Positions 22,327-32,504 of a stretch of 64,000 nt of DNA are shown here, in pieces (positions within the stretch are counted from its first letter, which is position 1; each line of letters starts with the position of its first letter). The DNA comes from an uncultured Acidobacteriota bacterium (lineage in GTDB: Bacteria; Acidobacteriota; Terriglobia; UBA7540), in NCBI GenBank assembly GCA_963804995.1, contig CAWDSK010000001.1, positions 1-64,000 of the forward strand. Direction: 5' to 3'. Made by a program: the position numbers and the translations under genes. Below the pieces are notes generated by a model that did no database searches, was not told where the DNA came from, and was given only the letters and a program-made list of their open reading frames with translations.

Positions 22327-23664
22327 CATAAGCGCTAAGATAAGGATTGTCATTTTTGGGGTTACAAGCTATGTTTAGGGCATGTCGACGTTGCGTGAGG
22401 ATTGGCAGGTGTTGGTAGGATTGCTTCCTGCCGAATGGGAGCAGTTGGGGAGAAGTACCGGGGCGGTGAAGCGCTTGCGGGGCTTCGACTCGGTGAACAA
22501 CCTACTGCGCACGCTCCTGCTGCATGTGGGTTGTGGGTGGTCCCTGCGGGAGACGGCGGTGCAGGCGAAATTGGCCGGCATTGCCGCAGTCTCCGATGTC
22601 ACCCTGCTGAATCGTTTACGGCAAGCCGAAGGTTGGTTCCAGGCGCTTTGCCGGCAATTGTGGAAAGACAATGGGGTGAATCTGCAGCCTGCCTTGCAAG
22701 GCCGAGCGGTGCGTTTGGTGGACGGAACGCTGGTGAAAGAGCCGGGCAGAACGGGAGGACAGTGGCGGATTCATTACAGTCTGCGCTTGCCGACGCTGGA
22801 GTGCGATCAGTTCGATCTGACGCCGTCGCAGGGGAAGAATACGGGTGAAAAGTTGGGGCGGTTTCGCTTGCAGGCCGGGGAACTGGTGATGGCCGATGCG
22901 GGTTACTGTAACCCGCCGGGAATTGCGGCAGTGAAACAGCAAGGAGCGGAAGTCCTGGTACGGTTAAATCCCCTGTCGTTGCCGTTACAGGATCGGTCGG
23001 GGCGTGCTTGGTCGGTACTGGAAGCGGTGAAGCAGTTAGGGCGGGCAGGAGAAATGGGCGACTGGCCGGTGGTGGTACCCGCGCCCGGAGGAGGAATCAG
23101 GGGACGGGTATGCGGGGTCCGCAAAAGTGAACAAGCGATCGAGAAGGCGCAGCGCAAGCTGACGCGCCGGCAGCAGCAAGGCAAAGCCCAGGTAACCGCG
23201 GAGACTCGCCAGTACGCCTGTTACGTTCTGGTCTTCACGACCTTGCTCGTGCGCCAAGCGAGCCGGCGGCAAGTGCTGGAGAGTTACCGTCTGCGTTGGC
23301 AGATCGAGTTGATCTTCAAGCGCCTAAAATCGATCGTGCAAATGGGTCACGTGCCCAAGCAAGACGATCACAGTAGCCGGGCCTGGTTGTATGGAAAGCT
23401 GTTGGTGGCATTATTGACCCAACGGTTGGCCCGCGAGGGAAGCGCCATTTCCCCCTGGGGCTATCCCCTGCGGGAAGAAACCACCCCTTCGCAGTCGCTG
23501 GCGTGAATTCCAGTTTGCCTTTCATCGGGTTACGACGGCTATCTGCCCGGCGGTGCCGCTGCAGTCAGTGTTGATGCGCTGGAATCAGATCGCCGACGCG
23601 CTAGGAGAACGAAATCGAAGACGAAAACCCCGGCTGTAGGCACTTTCTTATCTTAGCGCTTATG
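22327..23664 (+). mobile_element. IS4-family insertion sequence, 1338 bp
   Basis: Perfect 18-bp IRs CATAAGCGCTAAGATAAG; 11-bp direct repeat GGCCGTTGGCC at 22316-22326 and 23665-23675. Confidence 0.95.
22382..23506 (+). CDS. IS4-family DDE transposase
   Basis: LVDGT, MADAGY, YRLRWQIELIFKRLKS (YREK motif). Confidence 0.93.
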   Translation: MSTLREDWQVLVGLLPAEWEQLGRSTGAVKRLRGFDSVNNLLRTLLLHVGCGWSLRETAVQAKLAGIAAVSDVTLLNRLRQAEGWFQALCRQLWKDNGVNLQPALQGRAVRLVDGTLVKEPGRTGGQWRIHYSLRLPTLECDQFDLTPSQGKNTGEKLGRFRLQAGELVMADAGYCNPPGIAAVKQQGAEVLVRLNPLSLPLQDRSGRAWSVLEAVKQLGRAGEMGDWPVVVPAPGGGIRGRVCGVRKSEQAIEKAQRKLTRRQQQGKAQVTAETRQYACYVLVFTTLLVRQASRRQVLESYRLRWQIELIFKRLKSIVQMGHVPKQDDHSSRAWLYGKLLVALLTQRLAREGSAISPWGYPLREETTPSQSLA

Positions 23665-24184
23665 GGCCGTTGGCCTGGCCGTCTCAAGGCTTCGCCCGGG
23701 GAAGATGATGGCGATTTTCACCGTCCACCTCCTAAACGTGGGTTTCCTTTCAGACTCCGGGCCGGCTACAAGTGTACACCCGACAGCTTTGCTTTGGACG
23801 GCTCAGAGCCTGGTTTTCGGTCCAGGGCGTTCCCATGGCTTGCGAGGCGAAATCCCCTCGCGATGAGTCGGAGAATGTCGCCTACCGAACAGAAGCTGAC
23901 GCCAGACTGCTGGAACACTGCCCGGTGGATTGGCGCTAACGTCAATGGAGTATCGGGCTTGAAGCGGTTGAGCGCTGGCGACATTTGCGGAACTTCCAGT
24001 GGCGGGTCAGGTGTCCTCTCCAAAACTCTGATGATCCCCCAAACTTAGGGATACAATGGCCTCAACCAAAGAGGGCCGAATATGCAATTAAAGAAAAACG
24101 GCCTTACTGCATTTCTCGTTGTACCAAGACGATGTCCACTGACTGAACATGCGCGGCAAGCCGCGAAAGGAGGTGTCTGGAGTC

Positions 24185-24868
24185 ATGAACAGAGGATTTA
24201 GCGCTTGCCTGCTTGCATTCTTGGTTGGTGTCGCGATGTCTTCAGCCACAGGTTTTGCCATGGTCCAAACCAGATCCGATTCAGTAAACATCATGCAACT
24301 TCCGGCCCCGGAACAGAAAGGGAAGATGTCATTGGAGGAAGCGCTGGCGCGCCGACGCTCAGTGCGAGAATTCACCACCAAAGCTCTGACCGAACGGGAA
24401 CTCTCACAACTGCTCTGGGCCGCCCAGGGCATAACACATCCGGAAGGTCTGCGGACGGCTCCTTCCGCGGGAGCGCTTTATCCCCTCGAAATATATGTGG
24501 CCACCGCCAGCGGGTTCTACCATTACGAACCGCGCCCCCATCGGCTCATCCAACTTTCCGAGCGCGACCTGCGAGCAGCCGTGCGCCGCGCCGCACTGGA
24601 CCAGGAGGCAATCACCCAGGCTCCGGCGGTGTTCGTGATTGCAGCGGTATACGAGCGGACATCGCGCAAGTACGGTGCAGCTCGCACTTCCCGTTATGTC
24701 CACATGGAAGCGGGACACGCCGCACAGAACCTGCTTCTGGAGACCGTGGCACTCGGCTTGGGCGGGGTGACGATCGGGGCCTTCAAGGATGACGTCGTAC
24801 AGAACGCCCTGGCGTTGCCGGCGGATCACCGTCCCCTCTACCTGATTCCCGTAGGGCACCCGCGTTAG
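24185..24868 (+). CDS. SagB/ThcOx-family nitroreductase-fold dehydrogenase with signal peptide
   Basis: LEEALARRRSVREF, LLWAAQG, RTAPSAGALYPLE, EAGHAAQN, GVTIGAF. Confidence 0.9.
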   Translation: MNRGFSACLLAFLVGVAMSSATGFAMVQTRSDSVNIMQLPAPEQKGKMSLEEALARRRSVREFTTKALTERELSQLLWAAQGITHPEGLRTAPSAGALYPLEIYVATASGFYHYEPRPHRLIQLSERDLRAAVRRAALDQEAITQAPAVFVIAAVYERTSRKYGAARTSRYVHMEAGHAAQNLLLETVALGLGGVTIGAFKDDVVQNALALPADHRPLYLIPVGHPR

Positions 24869-25167
24869 CACGGCGCCCTCCGGTTCAGAGGAGGCCGGGA
24901 CATGCTTATGGCTGCGGCAACAGACCAAGTCTCGTTTTTCGTCCGCGAATCCTTGCCCGGGGTGTCTCTTAGGCCAGAATCGGATGTGCGTCATCGCGAC
25001 TTGAAGTCGGTGACGTAGATCTCCGCAGTGCCGCTGAGCATCTTCAGGATGTGGGACCCAGCGTTCCCGGTGAGCCGCATGGGTGCTGGGCACGCCCAAT
25101 GAATTGGGAACGATGGGTCGGCATGTCAGAGACTGTCGCCCGGGATTTGGACTATCGGTAGCCCCTG

Positions 25168-27123
25168 GTAGGGTCGGGAACTGGCGCGGCGGCTCCGAGA
25201 AAGCTCCGAGCCCCGTTTCCAGCTCCCGCCACATCACACGTAGCGTGCGGATTTCCCGCACTACGCGTTCCTGCACACTTCACGGCAAGGGTTATGGGGC
25301 CTATCGGGTCGGGGCGGCTGCCCAGGAGGATGACTGATGGACCACGCGGTACTCGTGGAAGAGCCCGAGCGTGCCATACAGCCACTCCTTACGCCACCGC
25401 TTCCATCCGAAGCCTGGGCGTTGTCTGGCCCTCGCCAAGTGGCACCGAATCTTCTTCTCTACCCAGTCGCGGATATACGAGAAGCACCGGCTGGAGTGCC
25501 CGACCGCAAAGTAGTTCACCCAGCCGCGCAGAATGGGATTGATCTGCTCGATCAACCCCCTCACAGGCTGAGAGCGATAGCTCCGGAAAACTAGCTTGAG
25601 CTTGCGTAGCAATGCCGTCCGCTTCTTGCCCCGCGGCGTACGCAGCGGCATCCATCGGCCCCGCCGACTGCGGATGCGACGGAACTCAAACCCCAGAAAT
25701 CCGAAACTCTCTCCTTGCTGAAGATCCACCCTCCGGCTTTTCTCCTCGTTCACCTCAACCTGCAGCTTGGCCAACTCCTCCCGTAGCCGCTTTTCCACTG
25801 CCTTGCGAAGCCAGGCCTGCCGGGGATGAGCGTTCACCAGAACCACCAGATCATCGGCGAATCTGGCATATTCGACGTTCATCCACCGCCCCTCGCGGGT
25901 GACTTCCTTCGCCTTTTCCAGCATCTTGTCCACCTCATTGAGGTACACGTTACTGAGCAAGGGCGAAATCACCCCGCCTTGCGGAACACCCTGCTTCCCC
26001 GACGCCTTCAGCAGCAGTTTGAGCAGCCCTAGGACCTCGGTGTCGTTCACTCGCCGTGCCACCTTCTCCAGTACGAGGGAATGTCGAACCGTATCGAAGT
26101 AGGAACGCAAGTCGAGATCAACGACAAAGGTCATGTGCCGCACGATTGCCTCCGAGACGCGTTGAATCGCAGCGTGGGCTGACTTCTTCGGCCGGTAGCC
26201 AAACGATCCCGGTTGGAAATCGGCCTCAAAGATCGGTTCCAGGATCAGCTTCAACGCTCCCTGGACCACTCGGTCGCGAATGCAAGGAATCGAAAGTTGG
26301 CGAACCTTTCCGCCCTCCTTCGGAATCCCTACCTTCCGCAGCCGTCGAGGTCGATATCTCCGCTGCACCAGCTCCTCGCGAAGCTGTTCGAGAAATCCCT
26401 GCAAGCCTTCAGCCTCGATTGCCTGGAACGTGACCCCATCTACTCCTGGGGCTCCCTTGTTCTCCTTAGCTAGCTGATACGCTTCCCAGAGAGTTTCTCG
26501 TTTGCAGACGTGGACATACAACCCCCAGAATCGCCAAGTCGGTTCAGCCTTCGCCTTGACGTAAAGTCTTCGCCGCAGGTCTTGCAGCTTAAAGGGCGCT
26601 TTTATCATTTCACCCCTGCCTCCCATGTTGGCCAAGACTTGCTGTGCAGCAAGGCCCCTTCGCTCCATGGGCGTTACCCCACTTCGTCGCTACTTCGAGC
26701 CTAACCGCCACCGTCTCGCCGTCAGCCGATTTCCCGTTGTCTCCGGTTATACGGCCTACCCTGCTCCACCGATCTCTCGATGGGACGAGGACGGTTTCTC
26801 CAGTTGCTTGACATGCCCTTGCCACCGTGCTGCCCCTACCACCCCGCCGGAGTGACATGTCGTCTCGGTCAGCCCACGTCATGCCATGCTGCCTTCGCCC
26901 CGAAGGAGAGGGCTCGGCCTCCGGATTTATTTTTTTGTCGAGGCCACCTATGGGTTCACTTGCGTTACGGCCCGGTGACTCGCTCACCATCCCTTGGATG
27001 GCTTTGTCGGTCAGCTTCATCCGCTTCGTTTCCTCCACGGATGCGACCCAAGCTACAAGGCTCCTGACTCTTGCCTTGGTGGGACTAACTCCCACTGAAC
27101 ATACCAGCCTTTGCTGGACACAC
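25168..27123 (-). mobile_element. Complete group II intron (~1956 nt)
   Basis: 5' GTGTG at 27123; domain V-like GAACGCGTAGTGCGGGAAATCCGCACGCTACGTGTG; domain VI ending CCCGACCCTAC at 25168; EBS1 loop TCCTTCG (26901-26907) complementary to the 5' exon end CGAAGGA. Confidence 0.92.
25301..26608 (-). CDS. ltrA: Group II intron reverse transcriptase/maturase, no endonuclease domain
   Basis: GAPGVDG, IPKEGG..RQLSIP..RDRVVQ, SFGYRP, DLRSYFD, GVPQGGVISPLLSN, RFADD, FLGF, LRGWVNYF. Confidence 0.95.
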   Translation of the reverse strand: MIKAPFKLQDLRRRLYVKAKAEPTWRFWGLYVHVCKRETLWEAYQLAKENKGAPGVDGVTFQAIEAEGLQGFLEQLREELVQRRYRPRRLRKVGIPKEGGKVRQLSIPCIRDRVVQGALKLILEPIFEADFQPGSFGYRPKKSAHAAIQRVSEAIVRHMTFVVDLDLRSYFDTVRHSLVLEKVARRVNDTEVLGLLKLLLKASGKQGVPQGGVISPLLSNVYLNEVDKMLEKAKEVTREGRWMNVEYARFADDLVVLVNAHPRQAWLRKAVEKRLREELAKLQVEVNEEKSRRVDLQQGESFGFLGFEFRRIRSRRGRWMPLRTPRGKKRTALLRKLKLVFRSYRSQPVRGLIEQINPILRGWVNYFAVGHSSRCFSYIRDWVEKKIRCHLARARQRPGFGWKRWRKEWLYGTLGLFHEYRVVHQSSSWAAAPTR

Positions 27124-27473
27124 TCCTTCGCCAAAACTACATTTGTGAATCGCTGTGCCCTCAAGGAATCCTCTTCTTGCCATTTACAGCGCAACGGATG
27201 GCCGTAGCAGGTTCCGGCATCTCATGTCTCGGGTGTATCAAAGGGTCGCGCAGGGCGCGCCTGCATCCATTTGATTCTACATGGCGGCTGAATGCCTGTT
27301 TTGACTGTGCCAAAGGATGTGGTTTTGGCACCGCTGAAAGGTGAGAAGTCAGATTCGAGGGATCAGCAACTCGCGAGTGGCGTCTTGGGCACGTTTTCGG
27401 CACATTCCGTACACTGATACCACCGAGCGTCTTGTGATGTCCACGCGCTGCAGGAAAATTGCGTTCCTTGCCA

Positions 27474-28034
27474 TCACATGAGCAAAAGGGCTTGGCCTGG
27501 TTTTAAACGTTGGGTCTTGCCGTCCACCAGCACTTCGATCGGGTTTTTTCGAGAAGAAAGGAGAACCTGTTTGACAATAAAGATATTTCCAGCCAAGCAG
27601 AACTCATCTACACCGCCAACTCCCAGAAAGATGTCCGACCGACCTGCACCCTTTTCCGAAGGCACCAAGGCTACACTCCTTCCGACTACATTGTCTAGTC
27701 CCATCCGGTGATCAGCAGGTGTAGCAACAATCAATTCATGGAATCGGGGGAACAACTTTACAGGCTGACCGTTTTGGTACACACGAACTTCCAGCCGGTC
27801 GCGATCAATCCGCGTTGTAATTGTGGCAATCAGCTGAGGTGCAGGTCCAACTGGCGCTCTGTTTGGCGAGACTTCTTCCGGTTGAGTCACCGCGCGCAAC
27901 CGCATCTCGTTTCTAAGTGCCTGCGGGCTTGGGGGCCGCTGTGCGGTAAGTTCGGCCTGCGAGACATTGAAGAAAAACACAAATGCTACAACATGGAGCG
28001 AGGCTGACATCTTCTGAAACATCGAAGCCTCCAC
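27474..28034 (-). CDS. Hypothetical exported protein
   Basis: 186-aa ORF with an N-terminal hydrophobic segment and an SQA cleavage-like site. Confidence 0.55.
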   Translation of the reverse strand: MEASMFQKMSASLHVVAFVFFFNVSQAELTAQRPPSPQALRNEMRLRAVTQPEEVSPNRAPVGPAPQLIATITTRIDRDRLEVRVYQNGQPVKLFPRFHELIVATPADHRMGLDNVVGRSVALVPSEKGAGRSDIFLGVGGVDEFCLAGNIFIVKQVLLSSRKNPIEVLVDGKTQRLKPGQALLLM

Positions 28035-28520
28035 CTTGATTCGGTCTATTTTTGCTAGCGCAATTGTGTGCCTGGAGATCTAGTAAGTCAAGTGATGCAG
28101 GTAACAGCGGATCTGGGGATGATGTCTAAGGAGGGATTGGCCGACGTGCCAAAAGGGTTTCCAAACGAAAGCCTGTGACTGCCTGATTCTCCGCGTCGCG
28201 CGGTAACGCTAGGAGCAACGCCAGAACCGCACGGTTATGGTATGCGAGGGCCCACGGAGAATCACCTATTCCCTCGGGTACCCTGCGCAATTGCGAGTCC
28301 TTCTGGGGTGGGCCAACACGTGCACCCTTCGCTTTGGCGCACCGTAGGGGGAAGCTCAGACCGCCTTCCGGAACGGCTCCTTCAGTACCACCTCCCTCCC
28401 GGCGATCGTGCCCGTCACGGCGTCGAGCGCCTCGCCGCCGACCTCCTTGGTGCCGCGCAGCACGCCGATCACTGCCCCTTTGGCCGCCTGTTGATGGAAT
28501 TCCTGTGTGGGAGAGGCGGT

Positions 28521-29894
28521 TTACGGAGGGGTGCGGCGAAGCGCGTCAACGTTCCGATCATTCAAGTGATTGTGGCGGCAGGTAAGGTTGGTGATGAGGC
28601 TGAGGAGCACCGTCTTGGGGCTTCGCGTGTAGAGGAGCATTCGCAACCCGCGAACCAGCATCTTGGGGTAGGAGTCGAACCGGTCGTGGAACTGATTCAT
28701 CTCCTGCACCAGCTCGCTCCGGGTAAAGTGGAGGTACTGGGAGACAGGGTGAGCGAAGGTGTAGTACCGCCAATCGGCAGGATAGTCGTTGGCGATGATC
28801 CGCCCTTGCTGCTCCATTTCCTTGAAGAGCGCCGTCCCCGGCAGCGGCGTGAGGATCTGGGCATTGGCCATGTCGAGCCCGTAATCCTCGGCGGCGCGCG
28901 CGGTGGTGGCGCCGATGCCTGGCCGGTCCGTATCGATCCCCAGGATGAACGAGCCCATCACGGTGATCCCGTGCCGCTGGGTCCGGTGAACAGCAGCGCG
29001 CAAATCGCTGCCTTTCCGGATGTTGAACCTCTTGTGCAGGGCAATCAAGCCTTCGACCGTCGGCGACTCGAAGCCGATGAAGACCCCTAAGCAACCGGAC
29101 CGCGCGGCCAAATCAAGCATCTCTTCGTCGTCGCCAAAGTTGATGGTGGCCTGGCAGATCCAGGGCCGGGTTAAACCCTCGCGGATCATCGCCCGGAACA
29201 GATCCTTGGCGTAGGCGGTATGGTCCCGGCGGGTGCCGATCAGGTTGTCGTCCACGAACAGGATTCTCTTTTCGCGGATCTGGCGCAGCTCGGCGATCAC
29301 GTTCTCGACCGGCCGGTGCCGGAACTGGCCACTGTTGAAGGCGGTCACGCTACAGAACGAGCAGTTCAAGGGGCAACCCCGGGTGGCCTGGATCGAACCG
29401 AAGAGGTACCGCCCCGCCAGCAGGTCGTGGCGCGCCGGAGGGATCCCCGCCATCGGAACTGGCCCGCCGGCGTACACCCTCTGGAGCGTTCCCGCATGCA
29501 CATCAGCCAGGACTTGCGGCCACACCGACTCCGCCTCACGGGTGACCACGGCATCTACGTGGCCCAAGGCCTCATCGAGGCACATCGTGGCGTGAATGCC
29601 CCCCATCACTACCGGGACTCCCATCGCGCGAAAAAACGCGGCCAGTTCGAAGGCGCGGGTGGCCTGGCAAGAGAAGGCGGTGATGCCGACCAAGTCGGGG
29701 CGGGGCAGGGCCTCGGCATCGATCGGGTCGAGGTTCTCGTCGATCACCTCGACCTCCCAGTCTGGCGGGGTGAGACGAGCCAGGATCAGCAGGCCCAGCG
29801 GCTTCCAGACCCGGTACTTGTTTAGGCGGTTCCACCGCTGAATCTTGGTCGCGCTGACCACCGGATTGCATGGGTTGATTAGAAGAAGCTTCAC
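28521..29894 (-). CDS. B12-binding domain radical SAM protein
   Basis: KLLLINP, PLGL..LA, DLVGIT, VVMGGIHA, TRGCPLNCSFC, FVDDN, IGFES, LTPLPGT. Confidence 0.92.
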   Translation of the reverse strand: MKLLLINPCNPVVSATKIQRWNRLNKYRVWKPLGLLILARLTPPDWEVEVIDENLDPIDAEALPRPDLVGITAFSCQATRAFELAAFFRAMGVPVVMGGIHATMCLDEALGHVDAVVTREAESVWPQVLADVHAGTLQRVYAGGPVPMAGIPPARHDLLAGRYLFGSIQATRGCPLNCSFCSVTAFNSGQFRHRPVENVIAELRQIREKRILFVDDNLIGTRRDHTAYAKDLFRAMIREGLTRPWICQATINFGDDEEMLDLAARSGCLGVFIGFESPTVEGLIALHKRFNIRKGSDLRAAVHRTQRHGITVMGSFILGIDTDRPGIGATTARAAEDYGLDMANAQILTPLPGTALFKEMEQQGRIIANDYPADWRYYTFAHPVSQYLHFTRSELVQEMNQFHDRFDSYPKMLVRGLRMLLYTRSPKTVLLSLITNLTCRHNHLNDRNVDALRRTPP

Positions 29895-30006
29895 AATCAC
29901 CCCGCTCCACCCCTGACTTGCCAATGGAGTGCATTATCGCAAATTTCTGCTCAAAACCTTTACCTTTAGTGCGGCCGTACAAGCTGAGATTATGAAGAAT
30001 GGACTA

Positions 30007-30052
30007 CTGGTCTGGGGAGATTGGAACTCCCGACCCACGGTTTAGGAAACCG
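30007..30052 (-). repeat. Degenerate 3' half of tRNA-Arg(CCT); probable att-site remnant
   Basis: Minus strand reads CGGTTTCCTAAACCG (anticodon arm, CCT), TGGGTC, GGGAGTTCCAATCTCC (T-arm with mutated TTCG); no D arm. Confidence 0.75.
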
Positions 30053-30639
30053 TTTACCCTCGTTCTTTCGCATCCAATAACTCACTGAGAATCAGCTTGT
30101 TACAAGCCATTACAGCGTTCGCAGAAAACCCACTGTAGTTGATTCTGTAGCTGCTAATTTCCACAAGTTTCAACAGCCGCGAGAACCCATCGGATTAGCT
30201 GGATGGGACGTGCAGACTCCTGCTCTAACTCTCGAAGCCAATCCGACTCAGGACGCCGGAAGAAACTATTGCGGACCACAGCTGGCAGTTATCTTCATCA
30301 GGGTCAACGAAGCCCCACTTTATGGGCAATTCACGCCGGCCTACGACATCTCAGGTATGTGGACCGGCAGAGACCCGGGCCCCCATGTGTGGTATCAAAA
30401 TGGAACCGAGATAAGGGATGTCAATGTAAACAGAATGTGCGGACACTTCATAACCGGGAAATATGTGAATCCCACCACCATCGTGCCGATAGTTTACAGG
30501 CGAAACCGGTCCAATGGTTGTCTGACCCTATCCAGTCACATCGGTGAGTGCTGCAGACATACGTGATTGATTGTAACCCATCAGCAATCTGGGCAGGGAC
30601 ACGGATGAGTGACAAATGGAGGGCGGCTCTACTGGTGCC

Positions 30640-31046
30640 ACGATCGTGCTGGGAGAAGGACATCTGCGAAAGATTTTGAAAAGCTATCTAAAGTATTATC
30701 ACGGCAGCCGGATTCACTTAGGTTTAGGCAAAGATACCCCTGAGCCGAGGGCCATTCAGCCGCCAGAGGTGGGAGGGATTGTTGAACTCCCGCTGGTGGG
30801 AGGTCTCCACCATCGCTACGCCCGACGGGCGGCTTAAGCACTGCAACCCGTCGAGCCAGACTTCTGCAACGATCCAACGGTCGCCCTCTGGGGGAAGATT
30901 CTTGTTCCACCGGCAACCGAGCCTCGCCGCCTTTCAGACGGCTTCCAGACAAATTCCCCAAACTGATTTCATTCTGAGGCGAAATGGAACAGAGGCTGTC
31001 GGCCAAGATGTTTTTTACGATTGATCCGGTATTGGCGAAGCACAGG
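30640..31046 (+). mobile_element. rve/integrase-core IS remnant (3' end plus right IR)
   Basis: IVLGEGHLRKIL..Y..YYH..R.HLGLGKDTP...GGLHHRYARRAA*; IR GTATTGGCGAAGCACAGG at 31029-31046. Confidence 0.8.
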
Positions 31047-31230
31047 TATGTGAAGCGCGTGTTTCCTCGATGTAAATGAGGCTTTTCACAAACGTAGTTT
31101 GCCGAATTCATTTCAACAAAGGTCACTGCGGCCTCAGCCTGGGGACGCAGATCAGAGCCGCGAATAACCAAGCCTCCGTCGGCACACCCTCCCTCACCAC
31201 GTTCAGGGCGCGTAATGGTCACGGTAGCCT

Positions 31231-31612
31231 TTATCCTAGCCCTTCTGAGCACTTGGCACCGGACCTGTCCTCCTGTGCTGGTGAAAAGCTTGTGAAATCG
31301 GTCAAGCGATCCAACACCTCTGCGTCAAGCTGGACCAACTCAGATGGAAGGACCGGTGCCTCCACTTCGCGGTCCGACTCTTCGAGTTGGAGTTCCGATG
31401 CCTCCAGGACGTTGACCAGGTTACTGACTCTTTTCGCGAAACGCGACAATGCTTTCTTATCGCCTTCGAAGGCGAGGGTGACCTTCAGTGGCCCCGGTTC
31501 AGCCGTGGGGGTCGCGGAAAGGCTTCGTATGGCGCAGCACTGAGCAGTGATTATAGTTAGGATTCTTTGCAGTGCTCCGGCAGCGTTTTCAAGTAGCACG
31601 GCAAGCAATTTT
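31231..31612 (-). pseudogene. Remnant C-terminal ACT domain of an ilvB-ACT paralogue, truncated by IS256
   Basis: LLENAAGALQRILTIITAQ...LKVTLAFEGD..ALSR.AKRVS.LVNVLE closely matches the C-terminus of 55236-57362. Confidence 0.75.
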
Positions 31613-31615
31613 TGT

Positions 31616-31990
31616 GTGAGGGGCGCCGCGCGCAGTCTCGAGGAAGGCCTGGAGGAGACCCTCACGGTTCACCGTTTGCGGGTGCCCCTCAAACTCCGCC
31701 GCACCCTCGCCAGCACCAACGTGATCGAGTCTGCCTTCTCCATCGTGGAGACGGTATGCCGCAACGTGAAGCGCTGGCACGGCGGAGACCAGATGGAGCG
31801 CTGGGTGGGCTCAGGCCTGCTGGTGGCCGAGCGCAAGTTCCGGAAGGTGCGTGGCTATCGAGAGATTCCGTTGCTCATGGCTTTCTTGACCAACGCTGTC
31901 TCCAAGAAGCCGCTTGCCAAGGGAGTCGCTGCTGCGTAACCTGTGACGGTTGAGGGTCGCTGACTTTCAACGGAGTTTCGGGCAATCTCC
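31616..31990 (+). mobile_element. IS256 (Mutator) family remnant, 3' end
   Basis: LEETLTVHRL...LRRTLASTNVIES...RNVKRW...RW...LL.AE.KFRKV.GY; terminus ...TTTCAACGGAGTTTCGGGCAATCTCC. Confidence 0.8.
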
Positions 31991-32504
31991 CTTCCCGGCA
32001 TCCGTCGCGTTAAGAAATAGTAAGAAAAATTCAGGTATGCGCCTTGTCTCATCGCTCCGTCTGGCTGTAGAAATACTATCGAGTTTACTGAAGCGTAAGG
32101 ATGTAAGGCAGGAATGGCTACTTCGTGTTTGGGGAATTTGAACCCGCACCTTCGTCTCTCCATTTCCTTTCGTCGGATGATGGCTTGGGGGTTTAGATGG
32201 AAGTCTACGCAATCAGGAGACTATTACTGTTGTTCGGAGCCCCTCTGCTAGCCAGCACTGCCCTTTGGGCGCAGCACAAAGCTGACATTTTGGGGACTGT
32301 AACGGATTCATCGGGGGCCGTCATCCGGAATGCAAAAGTTGTGGTCTCCAATCCTGACAAAGGTTTCTATTGCGATATGAAGAGTAACATGCTCGCATTG
32401 CGGGAGAATAGTGCCACCCCTACCTTACCGGACGGAGGCTCGGCGGATCTCTATAAAGCATTCCTCCCGTATTTTGAGACCACCGAATCCATCGGACTTC
32501 ACAC
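31990..32504 (+). repeat. ~515-bp direct repeat, copy 1
   Basis: Identical by eye to 46970-47484. Confidence 0.92.

Larger units (their letters stand above)
20950..23721 (-). pseudogene. B12-binding radical SAM protein disrupted by an IS4 insertion and a frameshift
   Basis: Removing the IS restores MKIAIIFPGRSLETARPTASVMPLAPCLLAALSP (GTG 23721, AGGAGG RBS); VVLGGPH, IGEGE; frameshift near 22025; TRGCPNHCRFC, AGLES. Confidence 0.88.

Noticed and set aside
25301..26608. RT as a retron, DGR or CRISPR-associated RT
   Set aside because: It has a maturase domain and is enclosed by recognisable group II intron ends. No template/variable repeat pair or CRISPR array was seen.
28357..28490. Minus-strand fragment AAKGAVIGVLRGTKEVG...VVLKEPF
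   Set aside because: Probably a gene remnant, but too short to assign.
30007..30052. Functional tRNA-Arg
   Set aside because: Only the anticodon and T arms are present and the T loop is mutated.
30210..30566. 118-aa ORF next to the att remnant
   Set aside because: No clear start signal or motif; possibly a degraded gene.
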